A stretch of DNA of 64,000 bases from an uncultured Chloroflexia bacterium (lineage in GTDB: Bacteria > Chloroflexota > Limnocylindria > QHBO01), in assembly GCA_963781555.1 (NCBI GenBank), contig CAWAGB010000003.1:72071-136070 (forward strand), in the 5' to 3' direction. Below are positions 39,574 through 47,462 of the stretch, piece after piece. A program made the position numbers and the translations under genes. Numbering within the stretch: position 1 is the stretch's first letter; every line of letters begins with the position of its first letter. Under the pieces are notes generated by a model. It ran no database searches, was not told the origin of the DNA, and was given only the letters and a program-made list of their open reading frames with translations.

Positions 39574-40713
39574 TCAGCCAACCCCCAGCGGGGCGCGCGG
39601 GCCTGCCTCGGCCGGCTGCGGCGGGATATCCGGCTCGGACGGGCCGCCGGCCAGGACGCGCTCCATCCCCGAACGCACCGCCTCCGCGCTCATGCGGCCG
39701 CCGAGGAGCGGGACCCGCTTGACCGGCCGGTGCAGTGCCAGCTCGACCATGTCGGCGTACTGGCCATCGTTCGCTTCGGCAACCACGATCTCGTCGTAGC
39801 GGTCGGCGATGGCGCGCAGCTCGTCGGTCAGCATCGGGTGGATGCGGATCGGGCGGAAGAGCGCGTACTCGTCGCGCAGCGGTGCCGCGACGCGCGACAC
39901 GATCCCGTAGGCGATGAGCAGCGTCTTCGCGTCGACGTTCCAGCCGTGCTCGTAGAGGGCGTAACGCCGCGCGACCTCCAGGTGACGGTGCTTGGCCGCG
40001 TAGAACTGGCGCAGGTACTCGTCCGCGTCGGCGGTAGCCGGCTCGCCGGCGTTGGGGCCGGCCTCGTACATGAGCACGCCGGCGAAGAAGCGCGGCTTGC
40101 CTACCTCGTGGCGGGCCAGCGGTGCGGTCTCACGCGGGGCGACGCTGATCTCCGCCGCGGCCGCGTCGAGATCCACGACCTCGTTCAGGTGGGCGACGAA
40201 CGTGTCGGAGAGCAGCACCACCGGGGAGCGGCTCTCCTCCGCGGCGTTGAACGCCTGGACCGTGACCCGGAACGCTTCCTCCACCCCGTTGGGATAGAAG
40301 GCCAGCGGGGTGTAGTCGCCGGTGCTCCCCCACTTGACCTGCATGATGTCGCCCTGGCCGGGCATGGTCGGCATGCCGGTCGCCGGGCCGACACGCATGA
40401 CGTTGACGAACACGCACGGCACGCCGACTTTCTGGGCGTAGCCCACCGCCTCCTGCATGAGCGAGAACCCGGGGCCGGACGTGGCGGTGAAGGACTTCGC
40501 TCCTGCCAGGGAGGCACCGATGATCGCATTGGCGCTGGCGATCTCGTCCTCTGCCTGCAGGAACCCGAAGGCGGGATCCTGCGCCGCGTGGCCGGAGGCG
40601 ATGTTGAGGATCTCGGTGGACGGGCTGATGGGGTAGCCGGCGTAGTAGTTGGCCCCGGCCGCGATGGCGCCACGGAAGACCGCCTCGTTCCCCTGGCTCA
40701 GCTTGCGGACCAC
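39574..40713 (-). CDS. 2-oxoacid:ferredoxin oxidoreductase alpha subunit
   Basis: 'LSQGNEAVFRGAIAAGANYYAGYPISPSTEIL...' and 'GDIMQVKWGSTGDY' are typical of POR/KOR alpha. 379 aa. Confidence 0.9.
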   Translation of the reverse strand: MVRKLSQGNEAVFRGAIAAGANYYAGYPISPSTEILNIASGHAAQDPAFGFLQAEDEIASANAIIGASLAGAKSFTATSGPGFSLMQEAVGYAQKVGVPCVFVNVMRVGPATGMPTMPGQGDIMQVKWGSTGDYTPLAFYPNGVEEAFRVTVQAFNAAEESRSPVVLLSDTFVAHLNEVVDLDAAAAEISVAPRETAPLARHEVGKPRFFAGVLMYEAGPNAGEPATADADEYLRQFYAAKHRHLEVARRYALYEHGWNVDAKTLLIAYGIVSRVAAPLRDEYALFRPIRIHPMLTDELRAIADRYDEIVVAEANDGQYADMVELALHRPVKRVPLLGGRMSAEAVRSGMERVLAGGPSEPDIPPQPAEAGPRAPLGVG

Positions 40714-40717
40714 GGTG

Positions 40718-41017
40718 CTACTCCCCCTTGGCCTCGTGCGCGGCGACGGCCGACGGGATCATCTCGATCGCCAGGTCCGGGCAGTAGCGCTCGCACAGGC
40801 CGCAGAGGATGCAGTTGTCCTCCTCGATGATCGCGTCATTGCGGAGGACGAGCGTGTTCTTGGGGCAGATGTCGACGCAGATGTCGCAGCGCTTGCAGAA
40901 GACCGGGTTCCAGCTGATGTTCGCGTAGTCGACCCAGCGAATCCCGTCGTGGTGGTCGGTCGAGGTGCCGCTCCCGAAGTCGAGTGCGGTGGCGGCACGC
41001 TGGTCAGCGTCGGTCAT
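40718..41017 (-). CDS. 4Fe-4S dicluster ferredoxin-type (delta) subunit of the 2-oxoacid:ferredoxin oxidoreductase
   Basis: 'CKRCDICVDICP' and 'CILCGLCERYCP'. The ATG at 41017 lies about 10 nt downstream of a TACAAT box. Confidence 0.8.
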   Translation of the reverse strand: MTDADQRAATALDFGSGTSTDHHDGIRWVDYANISWNPVFCKRCDICVDICPKNTLVLRNDAIIEEDNCILCGLCERYCPDLAIEMIPSAVAAHEAKGE

Positions 41018-41026
41018 GGGGGGCGA

Positions 41027-41032
41027 ATTGTA
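41027..41032 (-). promoter_or_regulatory. candidate -10 box (TACAAT) giving a leaderless or near-leaderless kor operon transcript
   Basis: Minus strand reads ...GGTCTACAATTCGCCCCCCATG. The TANNNT-type hexamer ends 9 nt before the ATG. I see no convincing -35. Confidence 0.35.
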
Positions 41033-41046
41033 GACCGATGCGAACC

Positions 41047-41073
41047 GACCGCGGCCCACGGTGGGCCGCGGTC
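41047..41073 (-). terminator. strong GC hairpin downstream of the CHRD gene (candidate terminator/insulator before the kor operon)
   Basis: GACCGCGGCCCAC-G-GTGGGCCGCGGTC: perfect 13-nt inverted repeat arms. The following tract is only weakly U-rich. Confidence 0.45.
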
Positions 41074-41098
41074 GTCGTGTCCGGGGACCGTCAGGCCG

Positions 41099-41632
41099 TC
41101 AGGGCAGCTGGCCGCGGATCTCACCGCCCGGGAAGTCGCCCGCGCCCGTATTTGGTGGATCGACGCCATCGTTGGTGTGCACGTTGACGTACGCGTTGCC
41201 GGACGCGATGGCGCCGATCAGCGCGTCGAGGCCGCCGCCCGCCAGCGGGCCGCCGACATCGGCCGAGGTGATGGTGCCGGAGGCAAGCAGGCCGTTGTGG
41301 CGGCCGCTGCCGAGTGGCGCCTGCACGCCTGGCGTCGTGGATGGATAGAGCCAGACACTGATCGGCCCGGTTCCACCGGCCGGCCCGATGTGGATGTGCG
41401 CCATGAAGGCATTGTCGATGGTCGTCGAGACGAGCTGGTAGCGGATGCTCTGCATGTCGGGAGCGACCTCGAAGATCGCGACGCCCTTGGCGACCGTATC
41501 GCGCGCGGGGACCTCCGCGCCGCCGGTCAAATGAGTGATATAGGTGCGCGGCGGCGACGCAAACGATGCGCCGGCGATCGCCAGCGCGGCGACTGCCGCG
41601 GCCAGGATCGCCATCAGGCGTCGACGGTTCAT
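41099..41632 (-). CDS. secreted CHRD domain protein
   Basis: Signal peptide 'RRRLMAILAAAVAALAIAGASFA'. 'LTGGAEVP', 'AHIHIGPAG' and 'YVNVHT...PGGEIRGQL' are CHRD hallmarks. Confidence 0.85.
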   Translation of the reverse strand: MNRRRLMAILAAAVAALAIAGASFASPPRTYITHLTGGAEVPARDTVAKGVAIFEVAPDMQSIRYQLVSTTIDNAFMAHIHIGPAGGTGPISVWLYPSTTPGVQAPLGSGRHNGLLASGTITSADVGGPLAGGGLDALIGAIASGNAYVNVHTNDGVDPPNTGAGDFPGGEIRGQLP

Positions 41633-41772
41633 GGGCTCGGTTCCTCCTGCTCCAGAAGCGGTGGCGCGCCGCCGAGCCATCGGGCGTCGGCGCACGGCCT
41701 CCCTCACGCGGGTGCCTACGCGACGGGTTACGCGGCCATCCCGGGTGCCGCCGCTCGTCTACCATCGCTGCG

Positions 41773-42093
41773 ATGGATGCTGCCGCTTCCCTGCCGCTCG
41801 TCAGGCTCCTGCCGCCCCGGCTGCTGGCCGCCATCACCGGCGCGAGCCTGCGGTCCGCCCAGCGGTGGCGCGGCGGTACCGTTCCCCGCCCGGCCAGCAT
41901 CACCCGCCTCCGCGAGACCGGTGCGATCCTCGACCTGCTGGGCAGCGGCTCGTCCCCCACCGCGCGGCGCGCCTGGCTCGAGGCCCCGAACCCGACCCTC
42001 GACGGGGATACGCCGCTGGAGCGGATCGCGCGGGGCGACCTCGCCACGGTGCGCGGCGCCGCTGCCGGCTACGCCGCCGGGGACGTCGTCTGA
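41773..42093 (+). CDS. Xre/ParS/MbcA-type antitoxin (DUF2384 toxin-binding domain)
   Basis: '...ARRAWLEAPNPTLDGDTPLERIARGDLATVRGAAAGY' is the C-terminal DUF2384 signature. It lies immediately upstream of a RES-domain ORF. Confidence 0.7.
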   Translation: MDAAASLPLVRLLPPRLLAAITGASLRSAQRWRGGTVPRPASITRLRETGAILDLLGSGSSPTARRAWLEAPNPTLDGDTPLERIARGDLATVRGAAAGYAAGDVV

Positions 42094-42644
42094 CCTCGCT
42101 CCTCACCAGTTTCAGCGGGCGCGTCCTCCGGCAGACGGGGGTCGGGACGCCCGCCCTCCCGCCATCGGTTCCGGCTCCGGCACCCGCACGCTGGCATCGC
42201 GCCGGCGACCCATGGCCGCTTTACGCGACGCTCGACGAACCGACCGCCTGGGCGGAATGGCGCGCCGCCACCGGAGGGGCCATCGATCCGGCCGACGAGC
42301 GGCGTCGCCTCTGGTCGGTGGCAGTCGAGGATCTCCCGGTGGTCGACCTGCGCGACGCAGCGACGCGTGCCGCGCTGGGCGTGACCGTCGAGGAGCTGAC
42401 CGGTGTCCGGACCGTGCCACAGGAGCTGGCGCGCCGCCTCGTGGGTCTCGGGGCACGTGGCGCGGTCGTGCCGTCAGCCGCGCATCCCGGCCACTGGAAC
42501 CTGGTTGTGTTTCCCGGCGGATTCGCGCACCTGCACGTAGGTCGCGGACGGACGGTGCGTCCAGCGCCTCCCCCCACTCCGCTCAGCGGTGGGGCGCCAG
42601 TCGGCGCGCGACCTCCGTGGCGTAGTCGCCGAAGAAGCGGCTGA
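42090..42644 (+). CDS. RES-domain toxin (MbcT/ParT-like NAD+-targeting family); start codon unresolved
   Basis: R-E-S context: 'ARWHRAGDPWPLYATLDEPTAWAEW' and 'AVVPSAAHPGHWNLVVFP'. There is no ATG/GTG/TTG near the expected start. The frame is open from within the antitoxin gene, and CTG at 42090 overlaps the antitoxin TGA. Confidence 0.65.
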   Translation: MTSLLTSFSGRVLRQTGVGTPALPPSVPAPAPARWHRAGDPWPLYATLDEPTAWAEWRAATGGAIDPADERRRLWSVAVEDLPVVDLRDAATRAALGVTVEELTGVRTVPQELARRLVGLGARGAVVPSAAHPGHWNLVVFPGGFAHLHVGRGRTVRPAPPPTPLSGGAPVGARPPWRSRRRSG

Positions 42645-42900
42645 TGATGGGCAGCTCGAAGGTGCGCATGATCGATTCGCGTGGCTCGCGCTCCAGCAGG
42701 AAGCGGAACGACGCGACCAGGAGCTTCTCGGGAGTGGTGCCCATCGGCGCCAGACTCGACAGCGTGTCCCGATCGATGGTGACCCCATGCTCCGTGGCAT
42801 CGGTGTCGTCGCCGACGCGCACGGTACAGCTCCAGCCGCCATCGGTCGCCGCGCAGTCGACGACGAGCGCAGGCGGGCCATCGTCGCGAAGCGTGGTCAT
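42583..42900 (-). CDS. hypothetical protein (105 aa)
   Basis: Normal composition. ATGA overlap with the upstream EamA transporter stop, which implies co-translation. I recognise no motif. Confidence 0.5.
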   Translation of the reverse strand: MTTLRDDGPPALVVDCAATDGGWSCTVRVGDDTDATEHGVTIDRDTLSSLAPMGTTPEKLLVASFRFLLEREPRESIMRTFELPIISRFFGDYATEVARRLAPHR

Positions 42901-43877
42901 GCCTCGCTGGTAGCCGCCGGTGTCGGAGACGGCTCGTCACGAGGACGGCCGCTGACCATCGCCACCACGGCACCAATGATGATCGCCGCGGCCAGCAGGG
43001 TGCGCAGCGTGATCGGCTCGGAGCGGAGCCACGCGCCGAGCGCGACCGCCACGACCGGGTTCACGTAGGCGTAGGTACCGACCGTGCTGACGGCGGCGTT
43101 GTTGAGGAGCCAGATGTAGGCGCTGAACGCGATCAGCGAGCCGAAGACGACGAGGTACACGAGGGCCACGATGCTCTGGGTCGAGAAGGAGTCAACCGCC
43201 GTGCGTCCCGGCTCACCGGTGAGGGTGCCGGCCAGCACCAGGGCGACGCCCCCAGCGGCCATCTCCATGCCCGTCCCGAGCCATGGGCTGCGAGGGAGTG
43301 GCGCGCGGCGCTGGTAGAGGGAGCCGATCGCCCAGCTGAGGGTCGCGAACACGACCATCCCCACCCCGAGCGGATTGATTTCGGCGATCCCGTCGGCGGG
43401 GAGCAGCAGGATCACCACGCCGACGAAGCCTGCCGCGACGCCGCCGAGCACCAGTCCGCTCGGCCGCCGCCGGTGCAGCACCGCGTCGAAGAGGTTGAGC
43501 CAGATCGGCACCGTCGCCACCAGCACCGCAGCCAACCCCGATGGAAGCAGGCCGGGCTGCTCGGCAAGCACCACGAAGCCATTGCCGCCCAGGAGCAGAA
43601 GCGTGCCGATGATGGCCGCCGACCGCCAGTGCGCGAATGTCGGCCGTTCCCGCTCGTCGGCCACGCGTCGAAGCCGCCCGTGGAGCCACAGGAAGGCGAG
43701 CATGATGAGCCCGGCGGTCAGGTAGCGGACGCCGGCCGAGAGGAACGGCGGCATGGTGTCGACCATGTACGCGATCGCGAGGTAGGTGCTTCCCCACACC
43801 ACGTACACGATCAGGAGGGCCACCGCGGTCGGCAGGGCGCCGGCGGGCGTTCGGGCAGCTCGGGACATCGTTGTCAT
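42897..43877 (-). CDS. EamA/DMT-superfamily transporter (10 TMS)
   Basis: 'LLIVYVVWGSTYLAI', duplicated EamA halves, and 'STVGTYAYVNPVVAVALG'. ATG at 43877; the upstream 226 codons of the track ORF are junk. Confidence 0.9.
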   Translation of the reverse strand: MTTMSRAARTPAGALPTAVALLIVYVVWGSTYLAIAYMVDTMPPFLSAGVRYLTAGLIMLAFLWLHGRLRRVADERERPTFAHWRSAAIIGTLLLLGGNGFVVLAEQPGLLPSGLAAVLVATVPIWLNLFDAVLHRRRPSGLVLGGVAAGFVGVVILLLPADGIAEINPLGVGMVVFATLSWAIGSLYQRRAPLPRSPWLGTGMEMAAGGVALVLAGTLTGEPGRTAVDSFSTQSIVALVYLVVFGSLIAFSAYIWLLNNAAVSTVGTYAYVNPVVAVALGAWLRSEPITLRTLLAAAIIIGAVVAMVSGRPRDEPSPTPAATSEA

Positions 43878-43985
43878 TGTGAAGGGTTGAACGCCGGCTC
43901 GCCACGCAATGTGAGGTGGACGGTCGATATTCAACGCGGCCAGGCGTCGTATCGGTATGCAGCGCAGCAGGAGCGGAATGGACCG

Positions 43986-44345
43986 ATGAAGTACATGGTG
44001 CTGATCGCCAGCGACGGCGAGTCTTGGGACGCCATCGGCGAGGCCGAGCAGGGGCAGCTCTACGGGCGCATCCTCGCCTGGTGGGAGGAGCACTCGGCGA
44101 CGGGGGAGATCGTGGAGGGCCACCAGCTGCAACCGGTGGAGACCGCGACCACGGTCCGCGTCGACCGCGAAGGCGACACGACGGTGACCGACGGGCCGTT
44201 CGTCGAGGCCAAGGAGATGGTCGGCGGCTATGCCATCATCGACGTCCCCGACCTCGACGCCGCGATCGCGCTCGTCCGCACGTGGCCGGCGCCGGACATC
44301 CTCGAGATTCGGCCGGTCATGGTCCGCGAGGGCATGGGCGCGTAG
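43986..44345 (+). CDS. YCII-related (DGPF) domain protein
   Basis: 'MKYMVLI...TVTDGPFVEAKEMVGGYAIIDVPDLDAAIA' contains the DGPF motif. Confidence 0.85.
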   Translation: MKYMVLIASDGESWDAIGEAEQGQLYGRILAWWEEHSATGEIVEGHQLQPVETATTVRVDREGDTTVTDGPFVEAKEMVGGYAIIDVPDLDAAIALVRTWPAPDILEIRPVMVREGMGA

Positions 44346-44355
44346 CATCGGCGGC

Positions 44356-45618
44356 GTGACGAGTCGCGCAGAGATCGAGGTCGCCCTGGCCGACGCGGTG
44401 CGCGAGGAGCGCGGCCGCCTGGTGGCGGGGCTGGTGCGCATCCTGGGCGACTGGGATGCCGCCGAGGAGGTCGCCCAGGACGCGCTCGTCAGCGCGCTCG
44501 AGCACTGGCCGCGGACCGGGTTGCCGGGCCGACCGGGTGCGTGGCTCACGACCACCGCTCGCCGGCTGGCGATCGACCGATTGCGCCGCTCGTCGCGCTA
44601 CCGCGAGCGCCTGGCCCTCATCGCCACCGAGACACGCGAGATGGACACCCGCCCGGAGACCGGCGGACCGCTGGATGGCGACGATCGCCTGCGGCTGCTC
44701 TTCACCTGCTGCCACCCGGCGCTCGCCGAGGACGCGCAGGTCGCCCTGACGCTGCGCACGATCGGCGGCCTCGACACCCCGGCGGTGGCACGCGCCTTCC
44801 TTGTGCCGGAGCCGACGGTGGCGCAGCGCCTCGTCCGGGCCAAGCGCAAGATCCGTGACGCCGGCATCCCGTATCGCGTCCCGGAGCCGGCGGAGCTGCC
44901 GGCTCGGCTCGACGGCGTGCTCCGTGTCCTGTACCTCATCTTCAACGAGGGCTACCTGGCTTCTGACGGCGCCGCGCCGGAGCGGCGCGACCTTGCACGC
45001 GACGCCGCCTGGCTGACCTCCCTGCTGTGCGGCCTGATGCCCGACGAGCCGGAGCCGATGGGCCTGCTGGCCCTCATGCGACTGCACCTGGCGCGCGCCG
45101 ACGCACGCTTCGGGACCGATGGCAGCCTCGTGCTCCTTGCCGACCAGGATCGGTCTCGCTGGCACGCGGGTGCCATCCGCGAGGCGGACGGCCTGCTGCG
45201 CGACGCCCTGCGCCGCGGTCGTCCGGGCCGCTACCAGCTCCAGGCGGCCATCGTTGCCTCGCACGCCCTGGCGCCCGACTATGCGGCCACCAACTGGGCC
45301 GAGATCGTCGACCTCTATGACAGGCTGCTCGTCATCGAGCCGACCCCGGTGGTGGCCCTCAACCGGGCGGTGGCGCTCGCCGAGCGCGACGGTCCGGGCG
45401 TCGCCCTGGCCGCCATGGAGCCGCTCGGCGGTCGCCTCGGACGCTGGCACCTCTTCCACGCCGCTCGCGGCGAGATGCTGCGGCGCCTGGGCCGCCTCGA
45501 CGAGGCGCGACAGGCGACGCGCGGGGGCCTGGCGCTGGTCAGCAATCCCGCCGAGCGGCGAATCCTCGAGGAGCGCCTGGCTCAGCTCGGCAGCGGCCGC
45601 TCCGACGGGCCGACATAG
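44356..45618 (+). CDS. ECF-type sigma-70 factor with long C-terminal helical (TPR-like/DUF6596-type) extension
   Basis: Region 2 'DWDAAEEVAQDALVSALEHWP...AWLTTTARRLAIDRLRR'. Region 4 'LTLRTIGGLDTPAVARAFLVPEPTVAQRLVRAKRKI'. GTG at 44356, 10 nt after the YCII stop. Confidence 0.85.
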   Translation: MTSRAEIEVALADAVREERGRLVAGLVRILGDWDAAEEVAQDALVSALEHWPRTGLPGRPGAWLTTTARRLAIDRLRRSSRYRERLALIATETREMDTRPETGGPLDGDDRLRLLFTCCHPALAEDAQVALTLRTIGGLDTPAVARAFLVPEPTVAQRLVRAKRKIRDAGIPYRVPEPAELPARLDGVLRVLYLIFNEGYLASDGAAPERRDLARDAAWLTSLLCGLMPDEPEPMGLLALMRLHLARADARFGTDGSLVLLADQDRSRWHAGAIREADGLLRDALRRGRPGRYQLQAAIVASHALAPDYAATNWAEIVDLYDRLLVIEPTPVVALNRAVALAERDGPGVALAAMEPLGGRLGRWHLFHAARGEMLRRLGRLDEARQATRGGLALVSNPAERRILEERLAQLGSGRSDGPT

Positions 45619-46685
45619 CGCACGTCGGGTCGGATGAGGCGGTTGTCGGCCGCCTGCTCCAGGCAGTGCGCCGTCCAGCCCGCGTGGCGCGCCAGGGCGA
45701 AGATCGCCGGGTACAGGTGTGGCGGCAGACCGATTCCCTGCAACACGGCGGCGGCGTAGTACTCGACGTTCGTCTTGATGACGCGGTGGGGCTTCACCTC
45801 CGCCAGCACGCGCAGCGCGATGTCCTCGACCGCCACCGCCGTCTCCAGCCAGCTCGCCGCGCCGGCCAGCTGCTCAGCCACCCTGCGCAGTGCTGCGGCG
45901 CGCGGATCGTAGGCCCGATAGACGCGGTGACCGAAGCCCATCAGCCGCTCCCCTCGATTCACGGCGTCGCGGATCCACGCCTCGGCGCGCTCCGGCGACC
46001 CGATCTCGTGGAGCTGGCTCACCACCTCCGACGGCGCACCGCCGTGGAGCGGTCCCTTGAGCGCCCCGATGGCGCCCGCCACGGCGCTCGCGAGGTCGGA
46101 GCGGGTCGAGGTGATGACGCGGGCGGTGAAGGTCGAGGCATTGAAGCCGTGCTCGGCGGCGACGGTGAAGTACGCATCCAGCGCGCGCGCGTCCGCCTCG
46201 GTGGGGCGCTCCCCGGACAGCTGGTAGAGGAACCCGGCGGCCAGGCCAAGGTCCGGGTCCGGATCGATCGGGTCGAGGCCGTCGCGCAGGCGCGCGACGG
46301 CCGCCAGGGCGGAGGGCGCCATCGCGGTGAGATCACGTGCCTGCTCGACGGTCGGCGGGTAGGTGGTGCCGGTGGCTGCGCCCCATGCCGACACGGCGGT
46401 GCGCAGCGCATCCATCGGCACGACCTCGAGCGGAAGCGCGCGCAGTACGTCGAGCACCGCGGGGTGCAGGGGGGCGCATGCAAGCGTGGCCTCCGCCCGC
46501 CACGCATCGGTCCACAGGAGCTCCGCGACGCTGGCGAACGAGCCGCTCACGACGAGCTCGCCGATCGGGTAGCCGCGGTACAGGAGCGTCCCGTTCGCGC
46601 CGTCGACACGGGAAAGTGCGGTCTCGCCAGCCAGGACGCCTTCGAGTCCGGGCGAGAAGGGACGGCTGTCGGGTGCTTCGCTCAT
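45582..46685 (-). CDS. citrate synthase / 2-methylcitrate synthase (type II-like short form)
   Basis: 'LYRGYPI', 'GPLHGGA' and 'MGFGHRVYRAYDPRA' catalytic motifs. ATG at 46685. Confidence 0.9.
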   Translation of the reverse strand: MSEAPDSRPFSPGLEGVLAGETALSRVDGANGTLLYRGYPIGELVVSGSFASVAELLWTDAWRAEATLACAPLHPAVLDVLRALPLEVVPMDALRTAVSAWGAATGTTYPPTVEQARDLTAMAPSALAAVARLRDGLDPIDPDPDLGLAAGFLYQLSGERPTEADARALDAYFTVAAEHGFNASTFTARVITSTRSDLASAVAGAIGALKGPLHGGAPSEVVSQLHEIGSPERAEAWIRDAVNRGERLMGFGHRVYRAYDPRAAALRRVAEQLAGAASWLETAVAVEDIALRVLAEVKPHRVIKTNVEYYAAAVLQGIGLPPHLYPAIFALARHAGWTAHCLEQAADNRLIRPDVRYVGPSERPLPS

Positions 46686-46800
46686 CAGCCCCGAGTGTAC
46701 CGGCCCGTCGCGTAACGACGGGTGGGGCCGCGGCGTCAATGGATGGTCCGCGTACCATGCGGCGCCATCGCCCATCGTCCATGCCTGGAGACCCTCAACC

Positions 46801-47445
46801 ATGAACCGACGACACCTCGCCGGCGCATTCGTCAGCCTCGCCGTCCTCACGTCCGCCTGCCTCGGGGGCGCCGCCACCACCCCGAGCGGCACCACCGGTC
46901 CGTCATCCGCCGCGGAGTCCGCCAGCGGAGAGAGCACCCCGGGCGGGACCCCGGTCGAGGTGCCGTCGCTGAGCGCCGCTCCCAGCGCGGAGCCGTCCGA
47001 CGATGCGCTGCCCGAATTCTCCTGCGACTTCCCCCTCGTCTCGGACGGCACCGTGCCGCGAGCCCAGCTGACTGATGTCCGGGTTGGCACCCACGGCGAC
47101 TACGACCGCATCGTGTTCGAGTACGGCGAGGGTCTGCCCGAACTGGAAGTCACGCAGGCGACGCCACCGCTGCTCGCCGATGCCTCTGGCATGGAGCTCG
47201 ACGTGGCGGGCGAGGCGTTCCTCCAGATCACTCTGCGGGGCGGCACCAAGCAGACCGAGTCCGGCGGATCGTCGTATCCAGGCCCGACCGAATTCACGCC
47301 CGGCTTCGACCGGCTGGTCGAGATGGAGGAAGGCGGCGACTTCGAGGCGGTGAACACCTGGTACGTGGGAATGTCCGGTGACGCCTGCATTCGGGGCTTC
47401 ACCCTGAGCGACCCGCCGCGTATCGTGATCGACCTCGAGCATTGA
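46801..47445 (+). CDS. lipoprotein with AMIN-like C-terminal domain
   Basis: Lipobox 'LTSAC', a Ser/Pro-rich linker, then 'VRVGTHGDYDRIVFEY...LQITLRG...PPRIVIDLEH'. Confidence 0.6.
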   Translation: MNRRHLAGAFVSLAVLTSACLGGAATTPSGTTGPSSAAESASGESTPGGTPVEVPSLSAAPSAEPSDDALPEFSCDFPLVSDGTVPRAQLTDVRVGTHGDYDRIVFEYGEGLPELEVTQATPPLLADASGMELDVAGEAFLQITLRGGTKQTESGGSSYPGPTEFTPGFDRLVEMEEGGDFEAVNTWYVGMSGDACIRGFTLSDPPRIVIDLEH

Positions 47446-47462
47446 GCCCGGGAGGGGTGCCG

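Noticed and set aside
43878-43985. Search for an ECF-type promoter (GGAAC/TGAAC-N16-17-CGT) upstream of the YCII/sigma pair. TTGAACGC and TTCAACGC are both present.
   Set aside because: The spacing to any CGT(C) element does not fit (about 12 nt, or no CGT at the right distance), so I make no promoter call.
43878-44555. N-terminal 226-codon extension of the EamA ORF. The same applies to the extension of the citrate synthase ORF up to 47090 and of the MFS ORF back to 56256.
   Set aside because: The extensions are compositionally aberrant and overlap well-supported genes on the other strand or in another frame. Internal ATGs give proteins of canonical length.
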